From positions 124,001-188,000 of the forward strand of contig JAQGDQ010000394.1 in the NCBI GenBank assembly GCA_030141605.1: DNA of 64,000 nt, written 5' to 3'. The notes beneath the pieces were generated by a model that was given only the letters and a program-made list of their open reading frames with translations, was not told the DNA's origin and did no database searches. How positions within the stretch are numbered: the stretch's first letter is position 1; each line of letters starts with the position of its first letter. This document shows positions 24,773-38,200 of this stretch, piece after piece. Both the position numbers and the translations under genes were made by a program. The stretch is from Tubiluchus corallicola. Lineage: Eukaryota > Animalia > Priapulida.

Positions 24773-25969
24773 ATGATGCAGCCTAATGAAAACCCCGAAA
24801 GAAACACGCGATTACAAAGTTCATCAGTGTGGACAGACCACATTTGCATGTGCAAAACGCCTAGTAAATATGATCAACATGAATTATTGTTTATACCGTC
24901 TGCTGTGTTAAGAAATCATGATAAAATCTCCAAACGAGGACCTTACAAATGCACCTCATGTTGGTGTGTTTGCAAAACACTAAATTCACTTAAGCAGCAC
25001 AAAAAGCATTTTAAGCAAGGACCTTATCAATGCCCTTCATGCGAATTTGTGTGCAAAAACCCAAATTCCCTTAAACAGCATCAGTTGTCTCACATTCGTA
25101 AGACTCGTGACAAAAGAACATATTTGTGTGACCAATGTGCTGCCACCTTTTCAAAACGAAACAACTTAGAGAAACACATGATCACACACACCAAGGACAG
25201 GGCTTACTTGTGTGCTTACTGTGGGAGGAGCTTTGCTAGAACAGATTCATTGAGAAACCACGAAGCAATCCACTCCGACCAGCGACCACACAAATGTGAC
25301 ATATGCGAAAAGTGTTTTATCCTGCCAAACCAGTTAGTCTTGCACAAGAAGACTCATTATGGAGAAAATATTTCGTGGAGAAAATATGACAGAAAAACTT
25401 ATCATGAGGAAAATTTGCCAGAAAAGTGTTTAATGCGAGACAGAAAATATCACAAGAAGTGTGTTTTGTGTGACTGTGATTTTAACTGCCATAAAGATTT
25501 TCAAGAACACTTGATAGCAAAGCACAATGATGACAGACCTTATAAATGTGATGTTTGTGGTGCTGCTTTCTTCCAGAATAATATACTGATTGAGCATAGA
25601 TACACTCACATGGCTCAGAAACGTTACTCGTGCTGTCACTGCAATGCTTCTTTTGTTAAACTGTGCAATTTGAAGAATCACATCATGAAGCACGAAAACT
25701 ATCGGCCTTATAAATGCAACTCCTGCGATGCTGCTTTTATTCAGCTTGCTCACTTAAAAGATCATGTTATGATTCACACGGGAGAAAAACCTTATTTATG
25801 CAGCCAGTGCGGAAGTAAATTTAACCGTAAGAGTCATTTAAACAGGCACATGCTAGGTGTTCACACGAATCAGCGCCCTTACAAATGTAAGCAATGCAAT
25901 GCAGACTTTTCTTACTCACATGCCTTGAAGCAACATCTAAACGTGCACTCTCGAAAGCAAGCCGAGTGA
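24773..25969 (+). CDS. Poly-C2H2 zinc finger protein (11 fingers, 398 aa open frame)
   Basis: Tandem C-x2-C-x12-H-x3/4-H fingers with TGEKPY, DQRPH and NQRPY linkers; single uninterrupted exon. Confidence 0.9.
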   Translation: MMQPNENPERNTRLQSSSVWTDHICMCKTPSKYDQHELLFIPSAVLRNHDKISKRGPYKCTSCWCVCKTLNSLKQHKKHFKQGPYQCPSCEFVCKNPNSLKQHQLSHIRKTRDKRTYLCDQCAATFSKRNNLEKHMITHTKDRAYLCAYCGRSFARTDSLRNHEAIHSDQRPHKCDICEKCFILPNQLVLHKKTHYGENISWRKYDRKTYHEENLPEKCLMRDRKYHKKCVLCDCDFNCHKDFQEHLIAKHNDDRPYKCDVCGAAFFQNNILIEHRYTHMAQKRYSCCHCNASFVKLCNLKNHIMKHENYRPYKCNSCDAAFIQLAHLKDHVMIHTGEKPYLCSQCGSKFNRKSHLNRHMLGVHTNQRPYKCKQCNADFSYSHALKQHLNVHSRKQAE

Positions 25970-28900
25970 CTCTTTGTGCAAGCTCGTATATCACAAAATT
26001 TCCGTGCCTTCAAGTGCTCGTTTTAGATTTATAAAATTTCTCTCTAAAACAAGCTTACTGTGTTGATTTGCAAAAGAAATATATCTTTATAAATCTAGTT
26101 TTCAAACAACATTTACAAGCTAAACTTCAATAAAAATCAAACTATAACATGGCATTCTTTATTCGCTTGACGCAATGTGGTTGGTAAATACTACCTACAT
26201 GAAAATATATCCATCACATTCTGTAACCTAAAAACATGGGTATGGCTAGAACGTTAACATAGTTAGGCACTTTCTTACTCAATTACAGATCGAAACCAAT
26301 TTTTGCTAACCTGCTAACATATTTTCCATTTTCAGGGTTCTGAAATGCTTCTTTAGAAACGTTTTTTTAAGTTGTATAATAAAATTTCCATTTTTTGGTA
26401 TTGGCTGATAGTTTTTTGCATTTTTGTGAGTTTTCCTCCTGCTTGCATGAGGTAGATTTTAGTACGTTCATCAACATATTTTTCTATAATAGGTACAAGC
26501 AAGAACATTTTGTTAAAGTTTGCTTACAAGACTCAATGAAAGTTAGAACAGAGCGATCACGGCATGTACTTGGCTACCAAAAGTTAAGCACCACTAAGCC
26601 TGGTTATTAAATCAATGGGTTACCATCTAAAAAACTGCTTTAGTATTGTTAACCTGCCATGATTGCAGCATGCAATAACCTTTTCTATACTGAATTTGTG
26701 GAGGATCCAGAACCTACCACTTACAAGGGCAGCCCAGTAATAGAAGTTTGACTGGTAGGTGTGTTGACCGTGTCTGGACGCTCTAAAAGATATTCATGAG
26801 GGTATATACTGATGTTCCCTAGATGGGTGTTAGAGGGCTTAGAAATTAAATTAAATTTGAAAGCAGCTTTGCCAGAATGCTAGATAACTTGTATGATATA
26901 ATGCACAGAAAAACAACGTAATTGCGATTTATGGCACATTTTCATAGTTACGAGACCAAGGAGGAAAATTCTTACAACCAACATTTTGGCTGCATCTGTA
27001 ATTTTGTGTCAATTCAAAAAACATCTTATACAGAAAAGCAAAAACAGATCAATTCTCATAATAGTTTAATATCATCAAATTTATTTCGTATAGTCTGTAC
27101 TACGATTAATCGACTTTCAGCAAATAATAAATAGTAAAGTAACAATTATTCCCTAGATTAATGATCACTAGTAATTATTAGTTAACAAATTTATGTACAA
27201 ACTGGCCTGTACAATCATCAAGTTAATCAGAGCAGAAGGTATAGGACCATATAGAAGCAATAATAAAAGCTTTAGGCTAAAATGGTGACCTATAACAACA
27301 AATTTTTGAGGGTTAAGCAAGGCGTAAATGGTTAGAACATGTTTTCCAACCTCCAACATCATTTGTGCTTTTGAATAGAATAATGCATCAGAACAATGCA
27401 TTTTGCATGAGAAAACACTGAAATATGTCCGACGCATCAGAACAATGCACTTTGCATGAGAAAACACTGAAATATGTCCGATGCACTTGTGCAATGCAGT
27501 CACAGTTATCAGTACTGATGTAGATTTACAATTTGTTTATTACGATTCAAAAATGAAATACCAAAGCAGAAGGTTCAATTCTAGCTTTGCCTACCTTCTT
27601 TTTGCCATACTCCACGGTTTTTAATTAATGATTATCTGAAATAACCGTGATCATTAGTTATTTTCTCTAGATATTCACACAAATCACAAAACTCAAATGA
27701 ATTATTACAATCTTCCAAGAAGTTCTACGTTGGTTTGTACTATTACTAGATACAGAGTTGTAAAAATAGAAGAGAAAACGTGTGATATTCACTGATAATT
27801 TTAGCAGCTGTTGCGGCATGTACAAAGCATTGTTAAACTACAACTATGTAATTGTATAGAATTGTTGCAAAATCAGTACATTCTTAGAATAGAGCTAAAT
27901 ATTATAGTTACTATATACAACTAATTAGCTCTGCATTATAAACAGGGCCATATTTCATATTGTGCCGCACAGCCCGCACATACATTGAAATCCTCTGTAC
28001 AGAGCATTAACCATATTAAACATGAGACATTTGTGCTATTATTACATGTATTATACAAAATATATGCATTGTTTAGTGTTTGATAATAATTTACAAACAT
28101 GATAATATTATAGTCGAATATACTGACCAGTTCACAACCTTACTCACAAATATCTTACTGACCAGTGCCCATCACTGGTATTAGAATAATGGTATTACAG
28201 TAGGAGGCACACAAAAGGCCTAAAATACCTTCACAAAAATGAGACAAATTGTTAACAAGATTAAGTTATTTAGATTTATTAAAGCATTTCTACTTTTGTA
28301 CACGAAATTGTGTTTGTACGTACATACAAACATACAAAAATGTGTTTGTACATTCATACATACGAAAACTGATGTACAGAATTACAAACACAAGGTTACA
28401 AAAATACTAAAATAATATGACCACCTAAAACAATTATTAAAGAAAACATAAACAGTTACAATCACTATTTGGAAACCTAAAAGTTGTGCTGCACTTAAAA
28501 TAAAGAAATAAAATAGAGTAAAAAATAAAAATGGATTTTCCAGTAACAGAACACTTTAAAATATTTAAGATGTTAAAGAACATTAAACAGGTACCTTTAT
28601 TAAAATTTGAGGCAGATCGATCTGACAAAATAAGGCGAGACAAATTGAACAAACAGCATAAAAATGTGTTAAAACCCTCATTCAATAAAACTATGTATTA
28701 CATGCCATGAAACTTTTATTTACTAAACAATTAAATGCTACACCATGATAAGATCTTGTAAGCTCTACTATCACAACCAGAAACCAGCTGGTTGCCAACA
28801 CGACATGTTACCATGGTTACTGTACACAGTCACAAGCTGAATGACAATCATTAACAAGAATTATTTTACATTAGGAAAAGAATGGCTGCAGCCGATATGG

Positions 28901-29153
28901 GTATGTTTACAGATGAGAATAAAAATTAGCCACAAGAAACTTATAATAATCAATACTAGGAGGTGACACTCGTACTTACACTAAATTCGCTGTTAAATAA
29001 CTACATAAGCTGTGCATGTCAATAAGGTGCATTTGGCACATATCCAGTAACAAACAAGCATCTGTGTAATTGGGTGCAATCTAGTAACAACCATGCATCT
29101 GTGTTGATTTGGTGCGATCTAATAATGACCAAGCGTCTATGTTGAAGCTGCCA

Positions 29154-29250
29154 CTAGCTGGAAAGCTCTGCATCCGGTGAAGAATGCCTGATGAGAGATC
29201 GAGCAGTAGCACGAGGTGAGAACGGATCCGGTACTTTGCCTTCCACGGCA
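29154..29250 (-). CDS. CTTNBP2: CTTNBP2-like probable last coding exon
   Basis: Strong acceptor ttttttttgtcgtttcag; AVEGKVPDPFSPR...ELSS*, with matching phase 2. Confidence 0.65.
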
Positions 29251-32200
29251 CTGAAACGACAAAAAAAAATGAAAGGAGATCAAGTGTTGAACTACAGGAA
29301 GTCCTTGCTTAATGACGCTAATGCGTTCCAGCAAAAGGAAAGGAAACATCATTATGCAAAACAATACCTTCCATAGAAAATAATGTAAAAGCATTCAGTT
29401 GTGTTCCCCACCCAAAGATCAATAATGCTTGGCCTACATAAGAGTGCTTACTAAGCTGCCAAAACAAAAGTCAATGATGTCTGGCTATGGAAAGACTCTC
29501 TTTTTTCTGCTGAAACTTTCAACACTGTTAGCAACATCTTGTTCCACTTCTTGCCTTTGCTCTCTAACTTGAACATTTTCACAAAAAAGCTCAAGTCTTA
29601 CACCAATACTGTATGTTATGAAGCTACTTTATGAAGATGTTTATCACTAGTCATTTTATGTTCTTACATAAATGCAAATGAGATGGAGGCAGCAAAAATT
29701 AACCTTGTAATGTAAACATTTTTATCAGTGGAATTTCATCTCTAGGCACGCGGTGAAAGCGCTATAGTAATCAGCCTGTGGTCAGCAAAGAATCGTCACT
29801 GCGGGCCTTTGACTGTGGTCAGCAATGAATCATCACTGCGGGCCTTTGACTGTGGTTAGCAATGAATCGTCACTGTGGGCCTTTGACTGTTCAGTACGAA
29901 AATTATTACTGTGATTTCTGTTAATAGGGTGAGTGTAGCAAACGAAATTTCAGCACCTGAAGGCCGAAAAATCGTCGTTAAATCGAATCATGTGCCGTTA
30001 AGTGAATAAAAGGTGTCAAAAGATCAGCATCGCTAAAACGAAACGTCTCCAAACGGGGAGTCGTTAAGTGAAGACTTATTGTATGTCAATTTGTGGATTG
30101 GCTTTGGTTTGCAAGCACACATATGTAGATTGCCAATTGTTACCGCAACGCATCCGTACCACTTTATTAAGGCACTCTAGTGAAATTTCACATCAGACTC
30201 GTATTTTAGCACTTTACTCAACGGTCACTTTATATTGTGCAAGTTTTGATAGGCAACGTAATTTTCCACAAGAATCTGTAGATGTCATGTTTCACTTTAA
30301 GCATTATAATACAATATATGACAACAACGAAATACATACTTGGGGTGGGGTATGTTGATTGGCTCTGACGTCGAATTAAATTCGGGAGCATTGACAGAGG
30401 CAGGTGAACGAACGGGTATCACTGAGGTGTCGTCCACTTTTTGAAGGTGTTGCTGCAGTTCCTGACCGCCTCGGTAACTACCAATGTACCTGTCTTTGTC
30501 TTCACAGAAAAACAAATAAACAATTTGATCAAACCAGCGGGCAGCTACAATTACAATTTTCGCAATATGAAGGCACACAAAAATCACATAATCTAAATGA
30601 CGGTATAATATCACAACTTATTAAATTTTGATACCAAACTTGAAAGACAGGAAGTGTGAAAAAATTTGAATGCAGCTTGGAATTGCAATGGAGCACGTAG
30701 AATTGAAAATGTTATATTTTGGCTAGCCGAGTATGAAGAACAGAATTTTGTAGTGCATTTATAACTAAGGGTATGGCTTGAAGAACAGAATTTTGTAGTG
30801 CATTTATAACTAAGGGTATGGCGGTTTAGTTTTGCTAAGACAGGCGTCTTGTAAATAGAAGGTCGACAGTTCAAATCTACACTGTATTACAACTTTTTCA
30901 CGTTTCCTGTAAAATGTAATTGAGAAATTGCAACGAAGCGGTGAAATCTGTTTGCGAAGTAACCTTCCGTAAGAGATCTGCTTAGCTGTCAGCCAAACAT
31001 ATCGTTTGATAAAATAAAAAACTCAATATATCCAGCCCTGTACATACGAATCATGCGAAATTGCAACAAGCAACTTAATGACTCACACCCAGGACTAGTT
31101 GTGATATTATTCAACACCAAATTCCACAGCTTGAGCAGCAAAAATGAAAAAGAGATTAGATTACAATCCAAGTTGACTAGTCAAGTGTCAAGAGTAAGTA
31201 AAGAAAATGTAAAAATGGAATGTCATACCTGCGCCAGAAATTGGACATCCTGGCAACACTGCCCTCTGCAGGAGCACAAACAAAGCAGTCTCGACCAGTG
31301 TCTGCTGACCAATAGGCGCCGACGATTTTGGACCCTTGAGGATGGCGTTTTCCACTGCCGGAGCAATGGCGTGGTTCCAGGATAGGCTGAGCCAGCGAAG
31401 GATGGCCTTGGGTTTGTTCATCTCAATGGGGCAACTGTAAAAGTGACGGGGGCCAAAAACAAGTTCAGGAAGACCAAGTTTGGCGAGACATTCATTGAGC
31501 CGTTGCCACACACTGAAAACCCATTCAACAGCCCTGAAATGTACAAGAATTTGCGAAATCAATAATTTTATGTAAAAAAACGCTTAAATCTTCTATTATG
31601 GTGGTTATAAAATTAATAAACATCAAAGACAAATTGTTAATAATTTCTAACAGCATAGTGCTTATTACTGAAGACGATCGTTTCAACAGCAATTGTCATT
31701 CTCAATGCTATAAATCAAGCCAAAACAAATAATCAATATATGTATGAACAATACTAGCTATGTCCTAAAACGTAATTACCAAATCAAAAGAGTGAAATTT
31801 AAATTGAAAGAATTGAAAGAAAGTGGAAGTAACTTATCACAATGTCGAGTAAAACAACACATTTTTAGTTAGTATCTGTTTTGTCAACTTGATTTTAGTT
31901 AGTATTGGCTTTGTTAACTCAAGTTGACAAAGCAGGTACAAACAAAAAATCTAGACATACTGCGAGGGTCAGTTGTTGCAGATTGTATAATTGCTAGTAT
32001 GTATATTCAACAGTTTTGTTATTATGTATATTTGTCTGTTTTGCTATTATGTATATTCAACAGTTTTGTTATTATGTATATTTGTCTGTTTTGCTATTAT
32101 GTATATTCATCAGTTTTGCTATTATGTATATTCATCAGTTTTGCTAGTATGTATATTCATCAGTTTTGCTATTATGTATATTCATCAGTTTTGCTATTAT

Positions 32201-35200
32201 GTATATTCATCAGTTTTGTTATTATGTATATTTATCTGTTTTGCTATTATGTATATTCATCAGTTTTGCTATTATGTATATTCATCAGTTTTGCTATTAT
32301 GTATATTCATCAGTTTTGCTATTATGTATATTCATCAGTTTTGCTACTATGAAGTTGTGCCAACGTGGCAAGGTGATTTTGTGTTGAAAATGCTTTCACG
32401 CCCATTATATATGTACAATAGAGTGCAGTAATGTTTATTTGACTTAATATAGTGCTACAAACTAGTACCAATGATTTTGCCTAAGAGCTGTTTTTTGTCA
32501 TAGAGTAATGTCCAGTAAAGGCCACACATATTAACCTGCTCAAAAGTGAATTCACTAGCCTGGCTAGTTGATTTATACCTGTGCCAGCAAGAAGGAATAT
32601 GAAAACTGCCACGCACCTGTACACAGGGTCCCCAGGTGTCGGTAACTGTCCACCATATTTGTGAATGACGCGACGTAGCAGATGCCTGGACAGTTGTGAG
32701 CGAACGGGTTCTGTATCGATGCGACAATGCACCCAGCGGAATCTCTGCTGTATGGAGAGGTCGAGAGACTGAGACCGCGATTTATCCATCGTGCCGATGA
32801 TGTAACACTCGTTTAACAGGTAATACAGGTGAGGTTCTGAATCAGCATCTACATGAAAAATAAAAATTATCTATGATTTAACAGTACCTGTAAATTTATA
32901 CTTGAGGAAATCAACGTATCTTAAAATGCAGATGATCGTTTTGACAAAAATGTCACTTTCAATACTGAAAATTAAGCCAGATCAAAAATCGGTACATTTA
33001 TTTATGACACTGAAATTATCACTGCATGAAAAAATATTACAAAACAAAACTGACATCTAACTTACTATAGCGAGAGACTTTACCTTGACTCTGCGAGAGA
33101 TTCTATAAAAAACATGAAAAAGATTTTCGCAGAAGGAAAATTTTTTCAGATTTTCTATAAACTCTTCCTCTCGGTGTCATAAACATTTTCATTGTTTTGT
33201 TTGGTTTACTTCTCAGCATCAAAAATGACAATTTCCTGAAGTGATCAGCTGCACTCAGTTGATTCCAAGACGCTCTGACACTTTCATACACTTGAAAGAA
33301 TGTTTCAAGTAAAATGTTTCATATTTCAACATAATTACAGACAAGACCTTTAGGCTGTAACAAAAGCCAGTGGCTTAAAGTTAGCTAATTCAGCAAAACC
33401 CTAACAGCACTTGAATTTTAGCATCAACAAAAACTTTTCCACAATGTCAGTTCATCGTTCAGCAGCAATAAAAGGATTACAGCAGCCGTTCTGTATACCT
33501 ATTATGGATGAGGGTTACAGATAAGCAAAAATGTCATTCAGTAAGCAAAAGCTACAAATGTCTATTAAATTAAATTTATAACTAGTTTTGTACACTCATA
33601 TCTTGGTCTGCCGGACAAAAGCGAAGAGACATCAGTCCGAATATGCCGATTGACCGTATTTACTGATACTAAGCTAATATAGCAAGCAATGTTCAATTGC
33701 CTCAAAAAAACTATAGGGTCGCTCCTATGCAAAAGTATATAAATACTGTCAATAAAGGACCTTAATAACTCCACATAATCGATTCTATATTGTTATACCT
33801 AGAGATATGCAAGTGGTTACACTGATGTACGTGATGCAAATAAAATGACAGCCTGCCAACTAGTGGTCAGCTCACAAAATAACGGACTATGCCAGTAGTA
33901 TGCGGGCTTTTAATGAACCAAATTTTGTCCAAATTTTTCGATATCCATAAAAGTGAGGTCCGGCAAACCGAGATATGAGTGTGTATACAAATTACAAACT
34001 GAGACAATGTCACACCAGCTTGTCAGTACTTCATGCTGAATCGTAAAATTTCTACAAAAAAAACAATGGCAAACCTATTTTCACGCTGATAGCATTAGCC
34101 GGGCCTCGGCGCTCGATGGCCGTTAGAATTTCTCCAAAAACCTCTGACACGTCGATTTTGCTCAAGTCGTCCAGAATAATCACAGGTGCATGATTCAACA
34201 TGGCAGGTACCTCGGCACGTAGGAGACAATCTGTAAAATAAAATGACAATTAAATACTGAAATGAAACATACAACGTAAGAGCTGACATGGACTTCTCTT
34301 CCAACAAAATGACTAACAGGTTTGAAATGCACATAGCTAAAAAAAACCAAACTATCGATTTTTTCAGTTCCAGCTTTTTTAGAAACAGTGTCAACTTTTT
34401 TAGTAATGGGACACTTGCAGTTCATGGTTTCGTATCTTGTACAAACCTAAATGCTACTGTTTTTCTGACGAATAAAGAAATGTCTACATACATATTTTGA
34501 GTGCAAAATAACTGAGCTTCAAAGCATAGTAAATAAAATATTGAAACAATGACCAGACATGCAGATGACAAGGATGTTTACAATAAGAACAACAGAAACT
34601 GTTCTCTTACGATAATCACAACTCAAAACAATAGTCTTTCTTTTCAAAGCTGATTATTTCACAACAAAAACACTTGTCAGTTTTTAATTAGGGTTTTATA
34701 AGATAAACTTGTTGCCTCGTAAATGAAACAATACTTGATGCATTTATTGTTAAATACGAGTTTGATAAACTACAAACTATTTTTATCCGCAGCTCAGTTT
34801 CCTTGTCAAAAAGCTTACAAAACACAACAGTGTTATTGCAATGTTATTAGTTCTACATTTAAATGGCACTAATACAATCATGTATATGTGCAAAGACTGT
34901 AAAAGCCAGTAACATAAGATCAAAAAGTATGACTGGAATTCAGAAAGCTTCAGGTTCAATCCAGCTGGTCTTCAGATTTTCCGGTTGATTTAATACTTAT
35001 GTCATTCGAGGCAATAACAATTTTTAAGGAAAACCGGACCCAAACTTAAGCTGTTGGTCAAAACAATCTACCCTTTAAAAAATTGAAAAACTATTTTTTC
35101 AAAAACACACTTGAAAGAAGTATACCACACAAACACAATTTCACGTTCGCGCCACTAGTTCTTTGCTGTTACATGCATTTCACCATTCGCTAGTTAGACG

Positions 35201-38200
35201 GGCATTAGTGTCTGCATTTTGGAAATGTGTTGCACAAAAAACAGGTGCTGTACCTATCAGTTCAGAGATATTATTTTCTGACGAACTACACATTGAATAA
35301 GTTACAGTAGCACTGTACTCCAATTTTCGTTTTAGCAAACACGTGCAATACACCCGTGGAATATTTTTGCTGTTGAAAATTATGTTAGTTCGTGATGTCG
35401 TCAATAGTTGGGCTTCGCCTTAATAGATTAATTAAGTTTTTAATCTATTACTTAACTATCAGAAACACTTTTGCAGTATTAATTTCGTTAAAATGTGTAT
35501 ATTTAATGCACTTGAAAATGGGGTAGTATAAGAATAATCATCCTGTCTTCCTTTAATGTAATTTACTTGATAAAAATGCTAGTGTGAATTAGTCTTTAGC
35601 AACATGCTAACAAACACAACTGCAATTATTACTGGTGTAAGCTCTAAATAAATGATCTAAACACATAAACTGACAAATAAAAATAAATAGTTTAAACACG
35701 GATCTCTCCATACATAGTCCACATTTTTGCAAATTCCACATAAATACAATCGTCTTACCCTTGGCTGAAAGAAGGTTAACCAGATTTCTCCTTGAGTAGG
35801 AAGAACTCAAGCTCACGTAAGTAATCTCACTTCGATTGCCAGCCTGCTGTTCCTTCTCTTGAATAGACTGAGCAAGTTTCTTAGCCAAGTAGGATTTGCC
35901 TACACCACTAGGACCGTAGAAAACCAGGCTCCGATATTGGTCAATCTAAAACATCAAAAAGTCTTTTATCAAATATAGTTTACTAAGCTTAATTAATGCG
36001 CATTCTAAGAACCCTAAGAATCAGTGGCGGCTCACGTACAGGCACTGCAGCAGCCCCAAATTCACTAGATATTATCGATAACGTTCAACTTAATGGGTCT
36101 TTTTTCGTTAATTCCTTTAAAGGGATTTTCTTCATACTTCTTCAATGCATAACCCTTAAGCACAATGTCAATAGTTATGAAATCCTTTAGTTCATGAAAA
36201 AATTACAAAAATCCTTATATGGCACTGTGCGCTTCATAGTTCCAGCATAGTGATGTTTCGCTGTTGTGCACAATTGGCTATATACGCATGTCCGAGATAA
36301 GCTGCACACTAGGTAGAGAGAGCACTGTCGCTCGCGCAGTACAGACACTGTTGTGTAAGTGTAAAGTTGTGTTTCTTTTCCACTAAATCCTCTTTTCATA
36401 TGTTTATTTCGTTTTACAACAATATTAAAACAAAAGTTAATATTTTTCTGAAGCAGCACCCCTAGTAATTTTAGCTACGAGCCACCACTGCTTGAAGATC
36501 TTGAAGTCTTGAATAATATACTTCTAAGATTCTTTGACAACATAGTAGAAGTTTGGGGTGCACATGGTTAGTATACACACTAAGAAAAGCAACTCGCTAA
36601 CTGGTGATGGTATTAGCGGTTACAAAGAGGTGAAACAAGCAAAGCAAACATGGTGGGTGGGGCTAAAAATGCATTTACAGACAGGTTAGGTGGGATGGCA
36701 CCCTCATAGTAGAAACAGCCAGTGCTCAGAAGTGATTTCTAAAAGTGATTTCTCAGATTTGTGGTGGAAGTTTGTCCCAAAAGCGTATTACTCTACGGTA
36801 GGAGAATAAATAAATATTGACTCTTGCTGCTGGCTAAACAAATCTGTTGTTATCTTTGAGCTGTTTGAGTAGTTTAGATAACTTTGTCTTTCTCTTAAAT
36901 AAGTTTATCTTCGAGTTTTTGTTGTTTTCTTTGTTGTTGTTTGTTGTTATCGTTGAGTCATTTGAGTTTAAATAACTTTGTCTTTCTCATAAATAAGTTT
37001 ATCTTGGAGTTTAAATAACTGCTAATAATGCTACTGGTTTTATCATTTTGAACAAACATTAAGACTTTTTTAGTTTGTATGAAAAACTGAAATCCAATAA
37101 ATGGCGTAAAAATTGTATGATGAAAGAATAAGAATCTTAGAAGTGAGTTTTTAACTATACTGCTTAAACTTTCAAAAACGATCATTACAAATTACCTGAT
37201 ATACAAAAATTATGTTACATCCCCGGTGATAAAAATATAAGTGACACAACAAAACCCACACCAAAATTTAAAAAGGTAAATATCTGCGTTTAAGAAATTT
37301 TCTTGAGTAATGCTTTTTTCCATGATGTGATATCTGTAATAATGAAGTAAGGTTAGATGAGCATGTTCTATAGGAATACTTAAACTGATGATCTGTTTTA
37401 TATGTTTTTATTTTTAGTGTAAAAATGATAGTCTTTTGTAAACCTGTTTATACTGATCTTATATGTATTCTTTAATTGTTGTGTCAATAGGTGATTTTAT
37501 AGGCATCAAAATTGAGATTTAAATCTAAGAGTGTTTAGACGACACCAAATCTCACTCCGTCAAACTCTGATAATAACTATTTAGCGAGGTGTGGCATCCA
37601 AATTGTGACGCCAATATGCAGACGTGCTTTGTTGTTTATTGGGCTAGCATGTATGATCAAAAAAGGAGAAATTAGAAAAGAAAGAGTTAGAAAAGGTTGG
37701 ATGAAAAAATAGCCACAGCAAAGAATTGAAAAAGGCAACTATAGCCTAATTTTTAAAAATGTACAAGTTGAAGTATGACTTGAGTTTTTGAATTATGTGT
37801 TTATTTTACATTTATCTACTGCGAGAAATTCATTTTAACTAACAAACACCTGCAGTAATGTCACAAATTGATTAGGTGACTGATAGGAAGCAGTACAGCA
37901 AAATCAGAAGTTTCTTTTTGTAAGCAAAACGTAAATCTCCTTTGCATTACCACCGTTTCTACCCACCAGGTGTCAGTGCAGCAGTGCAGGTTGCCATATA
38001 TTTCAACCACTTGCTGGATTAATAACAAAAAAATTTCCAGTCTCTCATGTGAAAATGAACAATCAGCATGATGTAATGCCCGCACAACACCATAAGTTAT
38101 TGAGTCTGAGTTTGTCAGTTTGTGTTTGAATTCAAAATGGTTTGATGCCATCAAACTTTGTGTGTGAAAGTTTTTTGGTTTCCTTGTTTATATGATCAAA

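Noticed and set aside
31924-32431. Hydrophobic ORFs of 142-146 aa
   Set aside because: Translations of the 25-bp minisatellite.
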